DNA of 64,000 nt from an uncultured bacterium (GTDB taxonomy: Bacteria > Acidobacteriota > Aminicenantia > UBA2199). The stretch lies in assembly GCA_965603365.1 (NCBI GenBank), contig CBFDCR010000023.1:54-64053 (forward strand). Direction: 5' to 3'. Under the pieces are notes generated by a model, which saw only the letters and a list, made by a program, of their open reading frames with translations, did no database searches and was not told the DNA's origin. Below are positions 17,170-26,826 of the stretch, piece by piece. Within the stretch, counting starts at the first letter, position 1; each line of letters begins with the position of its first letter. A program made the position numbers and the translations under genes.

Positions 17170-19347
17170 GGCCTTGTTGGCCTGTTTGCCCCTGGCGGGG
17201 AGGTGGAGGGCAAAGCGGGTGCCGAAACCCTTGCGACTGTGGACGTCGATGCGGCCGCCGTGGGCTTCGATGATGCGCCGGGCAATGGTGAGGCCCAGGC
17301 CCATGCCGCCTTCCCTGGTGGAGAAGTGGGGTTTGAAGATTTGAGATAGATCCTCTGCCGAAATGCCGCAGCCGGTATCTTCGATCTCGATCATGACTTC
17401 TTTTAAGGTCTTTTTTACCGGCGATGAGACGGGAATCACCGATATTTTGATTTTACCCTGCTCGCCGACGGCATCCACGGCATTGTCCAGTAGATTGCAG
17501 AGCGCCCCCTTCAGGAGCTCCTCATCCAGGTACAACGATATGTCATCTTCCATATCCAGTTCAATGTCGATGCCTTCCGATTTCAGGTGACGATAGCGGC
17601 TGACCACTGCCTCAAGCAGCGGTTTGAGCTCTTTTTCTTGAAACTTCGGCTGCTGCACGGCGATCAGTTTCATGATGTGGCTTGTGTGCTGTTTTAATGT
17701 ATTGACATCATCGCTCAAAAATTCGGATACCTGAGCCAGATCTCTTTTGACTTCCGCTGATTTGACCTTCTTCAAAATCCCCTTGATCCGCTCGGCGGAG
17801 AATAAAATGGTAGAGAGGGGATTCTTCACCTGGTGGGCCACCTCCTGTATCATCAGGGTATCCAATGTCGATTTTGGAGCCTTTTGCTGTTTCGTCATAA
17901 TGACCGCAGCCCACAATCCGGTAACGTTTAATAAAATTAACAATATGACGTTAAACAGAAGACCTGAGGAGACTGCGTTTTTTAAGAGTTTTGAAAACGA
18001 ACTCTTTTTGTGATCGAGCAAGTATAATTGATCGGCATTGACCAATCCCCGTAATCCCTTCCTGGTTCGGATAGGCAAAAATGAGGGGGTAAGGCCTCTG
18101 TCTATACAATATTCATAGGGGGATTTAAAATAATAGGAGAATATCTTCCTTCGCAAATTCTTGTCAAAAACCAGCATTTGTTTTGGCGTCATGGCCATGA
18201 CAATATCCCATTGATTAGATGAGCCTGGGGGGTTGACTAATTTGACGGGAGAATGAATCGGCAACTCTTTTAACAGGTTCAGGTTTTTGTCGAACATGCG
18301 GATCACGCCGTCGGAGTCCCCAACGTAGATACGGTGTTCGCCTTTGTCGGTTTTCAGAATGACAGGCCCTGAAAGAGATGTATTGCTCAGAGAGTACTCC
18401 AGTTTCGGTTCACCTGTTAGGGCATCAAAAATATTGATCTTTCCCTTTTCTTTTGTCATGGATTGGTGGCATTCGCGGCTAGAGACGATCTCAAATCGTC
18501 CATCTTGATCCAGGTCGGCGACCGCAATGTATGAAGTGGTGTACCACCCCCCAATTTTTTGCTGCCATATTTTTTGGCCGACGCAATTAACTGCAATTAC
18601 ATAACTCTGGTCATCACTGGTGCCGTTGATCTCTGCGCCGTTGTGAACGGCAAAGGTGGATAGGATGATCTCCTTTTTTTTATCATTGTCCAGGTCTTTG
18701 ATTTCTATATCTTTGATGGCGGGGCCTATATAATAGTCCCAGAGTAATTTCCCCGAATCAAAATCATAACAGGCCAACCCACGGGGATACGGGTAATACC
18801 AGGAATCCATTTTTATCACGAATTCCTTTTTGCCGTCCCCGTTCAGATCATCCATAATGACCGGGGATACTACCGAAGTCCGGGCTGTTGGTTTTATCTT
18901 CAGGTTTTCTAATTTTTTGATCATCGTAAAATTCTGCCGATTGTCCACTTCCCACACGAACAGATCGCCCTCTTTTGTATCCGTAAACCTGAAAAGATAG
19001 GTTTTCTTCTTCTTGTCATAGGCGTGATTCAAGAATCCGAAGTTTTCCGGCACCCGAATATCGACGAGGAAGTCCAACTGATAAAAAATCTTTTCCGGCT
19101 TAAAAACAGAAAATTGTTTCTTATCCTCTTCTCCACAGGACGAAAAAGATACCACTTCGTCGTATCCATCATGATTAATATCAATCGTAATTAAAAAAAT
19201 GCCAGCATTCTCCTTCAATTCTGTCAATACCAGTGGTGTACATCGCAATCTGAATTCTTGATAGGAGCGAATGATTCCCGAAACAATGTAGACATTCAGT
19301 CCCAGGAAGGCGGTGATGAATATAAACCATCTTATTTGTTTGGTCAT
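17164..19347 (-). CDS. Sensor histidine kinase with extracellular FG-GAP/VCBS repeat domain
   Basis: DINHDGYDE, DLNGDGKKE, DLDQDGRFE repeats; TM segment; H-box AHQVKNPL; N, G1 (DTGCG), F and G2 (GMGLGL) boxes. Confidence 0.9.
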   Translation of the reverse strand: MTKQIRWFIFITAFLGLNVYIVSGIIRSYQEFRLRCTPLVLTELKENAGIFLITIDINHDGYDEVVSFSSCGEEDKKQFSVFKPEKIFYQLDFLVDIRVPENFGFLNHAYDKKKKTYLFRFTDTKEGDLFVWEVDNRQNFTMIKKLENLKIKPTARTSVVSPVIMDDLNGDGKKEFVIKMDSWYYPYPRGLACYDFDSGKLLWDYYIGPAIKDIEIKDLDNDKKKEIILSTFAVHNGAEINGTSDDQSYVIAVNCVGQKIWQQKIGGWYTTSYIAVADLDQDGRFEIVSSRECHQSMTKEKGKINIFDALTGEPKLEYSLSNTSLSGPVILKTDKGEHRIYVGDSDGVIRMFDKNLNLLKELPIHSPVKLVNPPGSSNQWDIVMAMTPKQMLVFDKNLRRKIFSYYFKSPYEYCIDRGLTPSFLPIRTRKGLRGLVNADQLYLLDHKKSSFSKLLKNAVSSGLLFNVILLILLNVTGLWAAVIMTKQQKAPKSTLDTLMIQEVAHQVKNPLSTILFSAERIKGILKKVKSAEVKRDLAQVSEFLSDDVNTLKQHTSHIMKLIAVQQPKFQEKELKPLLEAVVSRYRHLKSEGIDIELDMEDDISLYLDEELLKGALCNLLDNAVDAVGEQGKIKISVIPVSSPVKKTLKEVMIEIEDTGCGISAEDLSQIFKPHFSTREGGMGLGLTIARRIIEAHGGRIDVHSRKGFGTRFALHLPARGKQANKAV

Positions 19348-19432
19348 CTCTATTGCTTCGGGGTTATTATAGGGGAAAATGGTGGATAGAACAAGGGGAA
19401 AATATTTTTCCCGGACCCCGTGAATGGCCCCA

Positions 19433-19448
19433 GTCTAAACATTTAGAC
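19433..19448. promoter_or_regulatory. Third copy of the GTCTAAA-N2-TTTAGAC palindrome
   Basis: gtctaaacatttagac overlapping the response-regulator stop codon. Confidence 0.65.
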
Positions 19449-20828
19449 TTTGCGCTGCTGGCGTTTGCCGGCGATGCCGTGCTGCTTCATCTTGTTGAAG
19501 AGGGTGGCGCGGGAGATGTGGAGCTCTTTGGCCACCTGCTTGTAGTTCCAGTCGAGGGCGTGGAGTTTGGCCAGGAGTTTTTCCCGTTCCGCCTTGTGGC
19601 GTGTCTCCTCCAGGGTATCGGCCGCCGTTAGTGAACCCCGGTTATAGGCTTCCCTGGGGCTGCGCCGACTCAAATGGTATTCCACCATTTCCGGCATGAT
19701 CGTGTCGGTGTCGGAGAGGACAACGATCTTTTCCACCAGGTTTTTTAATTCCCGGATATTACCGGGCCAATCGTGGGTCATGAGGCGTTCTAAGGCGTGG
19801 GCATGGAAATGGATGGGCGGGATTTTTCTTTTCCGGTATTGTTCGGCGGCAAAATGCTCAACCAGCAGGGGGATGTCTTCGATCCGTTCCCTCAAGGGGG
19901 GAACCTCGATGGTTAATACCGAAATGCGGTAATAGAGGTCTTCCCGGAAGTTTTTCTTGTGCAGGGCTGCCTCTATATCCCGGTTGGAGGCGGTGATGAG
20001 ACGGATGTCTACTTTTTGGGTACCGGTGCCGCCCAGTCGCTGGATCTCCGTGGTTTCCACAGCCCGCAAGATTTTAGGCTGGAGCCTTATATTCATCTCG
20101 GTAATTTCGTCTAAAAATAGGGTGCCGTGGTCTGCCTGTTCAAACAGGCCCGGTTTGGTCCTGTTGGCGCCGGTGAAGGCGCCGGGTTCGTAGCCGAAGA
20201 GTTCCGATTCCAGGAGATCTTCCGGGATGGCGGCGCAGTTGAGGGGGATAAAAGGTCTGGCTGCCCGCTGGCTGCTAAAATGGATGGCCCGGGCAATGAG
20301 TTCCATGCCGGTGCCGCTCTCGCCGCAGATGAGAACGGGGGAGTCGGTGGGGGCGATCCTGTCGATGGTCTTGTAAATGCGTTTCATGGCCTGGCTCTGG
20401 CTGACCATGCGGAATTGGCCGGACACTTCCTGCAGCAGATACCCCTTGTCCCGGCGCAATTGCGACATGGCTAAGGCATTGCGGATGGTAATGATGACCT
20501 TCTGGGAAGTGACGGGTTTTTCTAAGAAGTCAAAGGCCCCCTGTTTGACCGATTTGACTGCCTTCTCAATGGTGCCGTGACCGGAGAGCATGATGACCGG
20601 TAGATGGGGGTGGGCCTTTTTGATCTCCCCCAGGGCGGTCAGGCCGTCTATACCGGGCATCTTCAGATCCAGGATGACGGCATCGACGGCTTCGTTTTGT
20701 AAGATCTTTAAGGCAGACGGGGCTTCCGAAGATGTGCGTACGAAAAAGCCGTTATCTTCCAGGATGCCGGACAGGAGAACCAGTGCTTTTTTCTCGTCGT
20801 CCACCAATAAAATCCTGGCTTTATTCAA
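19443..20828 (-). CDS. NtrC-family sigma54-dependent response regulator (REC-AAA+-Fis HTH)
   Basis: ILLVDDE, ILDLKMP, GESGTGME (Walker A variant), GAFTGA, TLFLDEI, WPGNIREL, ISRATLFNKMK; probable TTG start at 20828 after SD aggagg. Confidence 0.92.
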   Translation of the reverse strand: MNKARILLVDDEKKALVLLSGILEDNGFFVRTSSEAPSALKILQNEAVDAVILDLKMPGIDGLTALGEIKKAHPHLPVIMLSGHGTIEKAVKSVKQGAFDFLEKPVTSQKVIITIRNALAMSQLRRDKGYLLQEVSGQFRMVSQSQAMKRIYKTIDRIAPTDSPVLICGESGTGMELIARAIHFSSQRAARPFIPLNCAAIPEDLLESELFGYEPGAFTGANRTKPGLFEQADHGTLFLDEITEMNIRLQPKILRAVETTEIQRLGGTGTQKVDIRLITASNRDIEAALHKKNFREDLYYRISVLTIEVPPLRERIEDIPLLVEHFAAEQYRKRKIPPIHFHAHALERLMTHDWPGNIRELKNLVEKIVVLSDTDTIMPEMVEYHLSRRSPREAYNRGSLTAADTLEETRHKAEREKLLAKLHALDWNYKQVAKELHISRATLFNKMKQHGIAGKRQQRKV

Positions 20829-20859
20829 TTGGTTTGTTCCTCCTGCTCGTTCAATATAA

Positions 20860-20875
20860 AGCAAATCCGGTGCCA
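20860..20875 (-). promoter_or_regulatory. sigma54 promoter upstream of the response regulator
   Basis: TGGCACcggatTTGCT, near-perfect consensus. Confidence 0.75.
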
Positions 20876-21010
20876 GATCATTTCTCTTTCGTATCCCTGG
20901 ACATTATAAAACAATGGGGAGAAAAATCAAACATTTTTTGTGATTTATGGGGAAAAGGGTTTGACCTTTTGGGGAAAAATCGTTATATTATGGTATTTTA
21001 AAGGAAACGA

Positions 21011-24000
21011 ATGGTTTTATTTGTAGCTCACTTCAGAAAATTTTGGATCAACTACGTCGGTAGGCATAGGCCCGGTTTTATTTTTCCTGTTTTATTTTTG
21101 TGGATGTTTTTAAGCGGGGCGGATCCGGTTTATGCCTTTAATTACAAACTCTCCTTTGAACACATCTCCATCCGCAGCGGCCTGTCCCAGAATACGGTTA
21201 CCTCTATTTTGCAGGACAGCAGAGGTTTTTTGTGGTTCGGCACCCAGTACGGGCTCAATCGGTACGACGGCTACACCTTTGAGAAATTTAAGACCACTCC
21301 CTGGAATACCAATTCAATTTCCGATAATTATGTGAACACCATCATCGAAGATCGAAAGGGTATGTTGTGGGTGGGGACCCGGAGTGGGGGCTTAAACCGT
21401 TTTGATCCGGGAAAAGGGCGGTGGAGCCATTATCGGCACGATCCCCAGGATGTCAACAGTCTGAGCAGCGACCAGGTGTTTGTGATCTATGAGGACAGCC
21501 GGGGTTTCTTGTGGATGGCCACGGCCCGGGGGGGGCTGGACCGGTTGAGGCCGGGACATGATGAATGGCGGCACTATACATTTTCGCCGGAGAGAACCGG
21601 TAATCGAGCCGATGGGCATGGCCAGGTGACTTCGATATGGGAGCACGAGTCGGGCCGGCTGTGGCTGGGAACCAACAGGGGGTTGATCCGGTTTGATCCG
21701 GTTGGGGAAAAGTGGGTGTTTTATCTTCATGACCCCCGGAACGCCGACAGCCTGAGCCACAATTACGTGACTTCCCTGTGGATGGATGCGGCGGGGATGC
21801 TGTGGGTCGGTACCTACGGCGGTGGCTTAAATCGGTTTGATCCCCGGCTCGAGAAATGGCACCACTATAGAGAAGGGCCGGCGGGCAGCCATCTAAGCTC
21901 CGACCGGATCACCTGCCTCTACGGTCAGAGGGACGGTAAAGAGCTGTGGGTCGGCACCGACGGCGGGGGATTAGAGCATTTTGATATCCCGGAGCAGCGG
22001 TGGCACCGTTTCCAATATAAACCGGAGGTTCCCGACAGCCTGAGCGAGAATATCGTAAACTGTATCTATGAGGATCGTTCCGGGTTGTTCTGGTTGGGCA
22101 CGGCCAACCGGGGGTTAAATAAATTTGATCCCCAGGAAGAGAGATGGGATCATTTTCATCATGATCCCAACAATCCCGACAGTCTGAGTCACAGTACGGT
22201 TTCGGCGATCTATGAAGATGGAAGCGGCGTGCTCTGGGTCGGTACCCTGGGGGGGGGCTTGAACCGGCTGGACCGGCAATCGGAAAAGTGGCGGCACTAC
22301 CGCCATGATCCAAAAAATTCAAATGGTCTCAGTCATGATGTGGTGACCTCGATTGTCGAAGATGGAGGGGGATTGCTCTGGATCGGTACCTGGGGCGGGG
22401 GCTTAAATGGTTTTGACCGCAAATCGGGGAAGTGGATACATTTTAACTATGATCCCCAAAACAGCCATGGTTTGCAGGATAACCGAATCGAGGATATTTT
22501 CATTGACCGGCAGGGTATACTCTGGATCGGCACCCACAGCGGCGGCTTAAACCGTTTTGACTTCCGACAGAGTCACTGGACGGTCTATCGGCACGATCCC
22601 GATGATTTGAATAGTCTGAGTCACGACAATGTGATGGTGATTTATGAGGATGAGACCGGTATCTTGTGGATCGGTACTTACGGGGGTGGGCTCAACGCTT
22701 TTGATCAAAAAACCGGAGTGTGGCGGCATTACAAACATGATTCCCATGACCCGAACAGTGTGAGCAGTAACTCGGTGATTTCCATTCACGAGGATCGGAG
22801 CCATATGCTCTGGGTGGGCACCAGTTCGGGATTGAATCAATTCGACCGGCTGAGCCGGAAGTGGCACCGGTATTCTATGCAGGATGGTCTGGTGAACGAC
22901 CTGGTTTACGGAATTCTGGAGGATGATGCGGGCAATCTCTGGCTCAGCACCAACAGGGGGCTGTCCTGTTTCAATCTTCGGTCTAAAACTTTTAAAAATT
23001 ACAGCGAAATGGACGGCCTGCAAAACGACGAGTTTAACCAGGGGGCCTACTTTAAGAGTCGGCAGGGTGAAATATTTTTTGGGGGTATCAATGGCTTCAA
23101 CTGTTTCTTCCCCGGTCGTATCAAGAAAAACACCCATATCCCGCCGGTTTTAATTACCGGTTTGAGCTTTTTTAACCGGCCCCTCGAAGCGGACGAGGCG
23201 TTTTGGAAGCTGGAAGAGATTAAATTGACCGACAAGGACGATTTCCTGGGGATAGAATTTGCCGCCCTGGATTTCCGAAATCCCTTGAAGAATCAATATG
23301 CCTATAAATTGGAGGGGCTTACCAGGGGTTGGATCTTCATCGGCAACAGACGGCATGCCACATTTGCCCATCTCGCCTCCGGTACCTATACATTCCGTGT
23401 AAAAGGCGCCAACGATGACGGGGTGTGGAATCAAAGTGGTTGTACCCTAAAAATAAGAGTCGTGCCGCCGGTGTGGGGGAGGTGGTGGTTCCGGATCTTA
23501 ATTATATTGGCCGTTCTGATCATTGCCTTCGGGTTGTTGAAGTGGCGGGTCCACCGCATCGAGGTGCAAAAGAGGAGGCTGGAAGTCGAGGTGGCGGAGA
23601 GGACCGGGGAGCTGCGGAAAAAGAACGATGAATTGACCGAAGCCTACCGGCAGTTGGGCCTGGTGGCCAGACGGGATCCCTTGACCAACCTGTCCAATCG
23701 ACGCGACATGATGGAAAAGATAGAGAATGAAAAGGCGCGGTTTGAGCGGTCCGGCAGACCTTTTGTCCTGCTTCTGGGGGACATCGATAATTTTAAATCG
23801 GTGAATGACAACTTCGGTCACGATGCCGGGGATTTTGTGCTGGTAGCGTTGTCCCAGGCGTTCCGCTCCATGCTGCGCAGCCAGGACAGCGTGGGCCGCT
23901 GGGGCGGCGAGGAGTTTATTTTCTTACTGCCCAATACGGAGCTGCCCGGTGGTTGGAAGGTGGCGGAGAAGATCAGGAATGCACTGTTAAAGAGTCCTTG

Positions 24001-24151
24001 TACCTACAAGGGCCATAAAATATCCGTTACCATGACCCTGGGGGTGAGTGTGTATAACCGGCCCATGGCGATCAAGGATTGTATCAAGACCGCGGATGAA
24101 GCACTCTATGAGGGCAAGGTAAAGGGTAAAAATTGCGTGGTGGTGGCATAA
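21011..24151 (+). CDS. Diguanylate cyclase with two-component-type beta-propeller and Y_Y_Y sensor
   Basis: Repeated LWVGTxGGGLNRFD units, Y_Y_Y region, TM helix, DPLT, RSQD I-site, GGEEF. Confidence 0.92.
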   Translation: MVLFVAHFRKFWINYVGRHRPGFIFPVLFLWMFLSGADPVYAFNYKLSFEHISIRSGLSQNTVTSILQDSRGFLWFGTQYGLNRYDGYTFEKFKTTPWNTNSISDNYVNTIIEDRKGMLWVGTRSGGLNRFDPGKGRWSHYRHDPQDVNSLSSDQVFVIYEDSRGFLWMATARGGLDRLRPGHDEWRHYTFSPERTGNRADGHGQVTSIWEHESGRLWLGTNRGLIRFDPVGEKWVFYLHDPRNADSLSHNYVTSLWMDAAGMLWVGTYGGGLNRFDPRLEKWHHYREGPAGSHLSSDRITCLYGQRDGKELWVGTDGGGLEHFDIPEQRWHRFQYKPEVPDSLSENIVNCIYEDRSGLFWLGTANRGLNKFDPQEERWDHFHHDPNNPDSLSHSTVSAIYEDGSGVLWVGTLGGGLNRLDRQSEKWRHYRHDPKNSNGLSHDVVTSIVEDGGGLLWIGTWGGGLNGFDRKSGKWIHFNYDPQNSHGLQDNRIEDIFIDRQGILWIGTHSGGLNRFDFRQSHWTVYRHDPDDLNSLSHDNVMVIYEDETGILWIGTYGGGLNAFDQKTGVWRHYKHDSHDPNSVSSNSVISIHEDRSHMLWVGTSSGLNQFDRLSRKWHRYSMQDGLVNDLVYGILEDDAGNLWLSTNRGLSCFNLRSKTFKNYSEMDGLQNDEFNQGAYFKSRQGEIFFGGINGFNCFFPGRIKKNTHIPPVLITGLSFFNRPLEADEAFWKLEEIKLTDKDDFLGIEFAALDFRNPLKNQYAYKLEGLTRGWIFIGNRRHATFAHLASGTYTFRVKGANDDGVWNQSGCTLKIRVVPPVWGRWWFRILIILAVLIIAFGLLKWRVHRIEVQKRRLEVEVAERTGELRKKNDELTEAYRQLGLVARRDPLTNLSNRRDMMEKIENEKARFERSGRPFVLLLGDIDNFKSVNDNFGHDAGDFVLVALSQAFRSMLRSQDSVGRWGGEEFIFLLPNTELPGGWKVAEKIRNALLKSPCTYKGHKISVTMTLGVSVYNRPMAIKDCIKTADEALYEGKVKGKNCVVVA

Positions 24152-26826
24152 TGAAAAATATAGTGTTCTGGGTATTGATCGCAGCTTTGGCGGGGTTCTC
24201 GGCGAGTCTCTATGGTGTGGGTGATACCGGGAAGGGATACAAATGGCAGATAGATGATCTGGTTACCCCCGACCGGGTGGGGGAATACCAGGTCTCACCG
24301 GATGGCAAATGGCTGGTCTGGACGGTGATGAAATGGGATCTCAAAGAACAGAAGCGATACAGCCAGGTCTTTCTCACCGATTTAAAAGAGAAGGGAGACG
24401 ACATCCAGTTGACCCGTGGGCAGGACCGTTTCGACAGTATCCGCTGGGTACCGGGAGAGCCAAAGATTAGCTTTAAGACCAGCCGGAAATTCAAGAATAC
24501 CAAAGAGGACAACCTCTGGCTCATGAATGTGGGCGGCGGCGAGCCCTATCCTTTGACCGATTTTGAGCATGGGCTGACCCGGTACGAATGGCTTGACCGG
24601 GATCGTCTGTTGTTTGTTTCCCGGGAGATCAAATCTCTGCATGAAACCCAAAAGAAGGAGCAAAAGGATACCTCGGAGGTGGTAGAGGATGAAACTCACC
24701 GGCTGATCTATCGTCTGTTTCAATACGACGTAAAGACGAAGAAAGCAACCCGGCTGACCGCTAACAGCAAACCATTGGCGAGGTTGTTCCTGTCGCCGGA
24801 TAAAAAATGGCTGGTATACAGCCTCAGCATGAGCCTGCTGTTTGAGCAGAACCAGGAGATTCGACCCAAATTTTACCTGATGAATCTGGAGACCATGGAG
24901 ACACGGGAAATATTTTCCGACCCTTCTATTAAACCGGACGGGACTTTTAGGTGGTCAGTCGACAGCAGCGGGCTTTATGCCTATATCGATTACAGCAGCC
25001 ATCCCCGGTATACAATGGTTGCGGTGCGCAAGATTTACTGGTATGAACTAAAGAGCGGTGCATACCGGGAGGTGGACCTGGGCTGGGATCGTTATGGAGG
25101 GAATTTGACCATAACCCCCGGCGGCTTTATAATGGCCTTGCCCGACGGCGTCCGCTATAAGTATGCCCGCTATTATAAAACGAATCATACCTGGAAAAGG
25201 CAGTGGATCAGGGGTGAGTGGCAAAATAATATCCAGATCCTCAAATTGTCGGAAGATGGTAAAACCGTGGTGTACGGCTATTCCACGGCCGCCCGGCCGA
25301 TTCGCTATTACCTGTCGGAGTTAAAGGGTAATCGATTCGCAGAGAAGCGGGAAGTCATGAAGATCGATTCTCCCCTGTACAAGCGGCCCCTGACGAAGCG
25401 GGAGATCATCACCTGGAAGGGTGCGCTGGACGATACGGTGGAGGGCATACTGTATTATCCCCTGGACTATGAAGAGGGAATGAAATACCCCTTGATCCTG
25501 ATGATTCACGGCGGCCCCCACGGGGCAGACAGGGATTTTTTCAGGGATAACCTATATTCACCGGCCCACCTGATGTGTGAACGGGGCGCCTTTGTGTTGA
25601 AGGTCAATTACCACGGCAGTTCCAGTTACGGCCTGGCGTTTGCCGAATCCATTGCCGGCCATTATTACGAGTACGAGGTGCCGGACCTGGAGACGGGAGT
25701 CGATCGACTCATTACCGGGGGCAAGGTGGACCCCGATAAACTGGGGATTATCGGCTGGAGCAATGGGGCCATCCTGGGCACTGCCCTGACCGTGCATACC
25801 AATCGCTACAAGGCCGCCAGCCTGGGGGCCGGGGATGTGAACTGGACCAGCGATTACGGCAATTGCAGGTTTGGCGTGGCCTTTGATAATTACTATTTCG
25901 GCGGCCCCCCCTGGCAGCGGTTGGAACATTACCTCAAAAAATCGCCCCTGTTTCGACTCCACCAGGTCACCACCCCCACCTTGATCTTTCACGGCGACAA
26001 AGACCGGGCCGTGCCCTACGAACAGGGCTGGGAATATTACCGGGCCTTGCAGGTGCTGGGCAAGACGCCGGTGAGATTTATCACCTTTCCCGGCGAGGGG
26101 CACGGGCCCCGCAAGCTGGCACACCAGCGGCGCAAGCTGCAAGAAGAGATCGCCTGGTTCGAGAAGTACCTGTTTGGCACCCATAAAGAGAAAAACGAAT
26201 CCCTGAAAAAGGGCAGTCCCCTGGATAAACTGGCGGCGTATTTAAAGATTGCTAAGAAAGACGGTATCTACGGCCTGATACATCGGGGGCTCCTGGTACC
26301 GGAGGTGGTCACCTTCAAGAAAAAGCAGGTGGGCCGCTTCGAGGTGACCCGGGCCCAGTGGGCCGCCTTTGATTCCACCTATGTTTACGAAAAGGGCACC
26401 GATAATCTGCCGGTAACGGGCATCACCTTTGAGCAGGCCAGGGAGTATGCCGCCTGGTTGAGCCGGAAAACCGGCGAAACCTACCGGCTGCCCCAAGAAA
26501 AAGAAGCCGAAGACCTGTACGGCAAACGGGGCGGCAATACCTTTGACTACTGGGCCGGTTACACCCTCAACCCCGACGACTATCGCAGCCTGGTTTCGGA
26601 GTTGAAAAAGTACGGCGACCAACCGGTGCTGCTAAAGCCGGTGGGCAGCTTTACACCCCTGGGGGAAAACCCGGTGTTTGACCTGGACGGCAATGCGGCC
26701 GAATGGGTAGAATTCCCCGACGGCAGCGGCAAGACCTGCGGCGGCTCCGCCGACCGCACCACCGACGACAAATCCCGCACAAAACCAACCCCCCTCTACA
26801 CCGGCCTCCGCATCCTCAAACACTAA
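24151..26826 (+). CDS. S9 (prolyl oligopeptidase/acylaminoacyl peptidase) family peptidase with C-terminal FGE-sulfatase-like domain
   Basis: Signal peptide; HGGP; GWSNG nucleophile; HGDKD and GEGHG; C-terminal FEVT..QW, YRLP, DLDGNAAEWV, TGLR. Confidence 0.85.
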   Translation: MKNIVFWVLIAALAGFSASLYGVGDTGKGYKWQIDDLVTPDRVGEYQVSPDGKWLVWTVMKWDLKEQKRYSQVFLTDLKEKGDDIQLTRGQDRFDSIRWVPGEPKISFKTSRKFKNTKEDNLWLMNVGGGEPYPLTDFEHGLTRYEWLDRDRLLFVSREIKSLHETQKKEQKDTSEVVEDETHRLIYRLFQYDVKTKKATRLTANSKPLARLFLSPDKKWLVYSLSMSLLFEQNQEIRPKFYLMNLETMETREIFSDPSIKPDGTFRWSVDSSGLYAYIDYSSHPRYTMVAVRKIYWYELKSGAYREVDLGWDRYGGNLTITPGGFIMALPDGVRYKYARYYKTNHTWKRQWIRGEWQNNIQILKLSEDGKTVVYGYSTAARPIRYYLSELKGNRFAEKREVMKIDSPLYKRPLTKREIITWKGALDDTVEGILYYPLDYEEGMKYPLILMIHGGPHGADRDFFRDNLYSPAHLMCERGAFVLKVNYHGSSSYGLAFAESIAGHYYEYEVPDLETGVDRLITGGKVDPDKLGIIGWSNGAILGTALTVHTNRYKAASLGAGDVNWTSDYGNCRFGVAFDNYYFGGPPWQRLEHYLKKSPLFRLHQVTTPTLIFHGDKDRAVPYEQGWEYYRALQVLGKTPVRFITFPGEGHGPRKLAHQRRKLQEEIAWFEKYLFGTHKEKNESLKKGSPLDKLAAYLKIAKKDGIYGLIHRGLLVPEVVTFKKKQVGRFEVTRAQWAAFDSTYVYEKGTDNLPVTGITFEQAREYAAWLSRKTGETYRLPQEKEAEDLYGKRGGNTFDYWAGYTLNPDDYRSLVSELKKYGDQPVLLKPVGSFTPLGENPVFDLDGNAAEWVEFPDGSGKTCGGSADRTTDDKSRTKPTPLYTGLRILKH

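Noticed and set aside
20829-20864. N-terminal extension of the NtrC-like ORF
   Set aside because: Overlaps its sigma54 promoter; the SD supports TTG at 20828.
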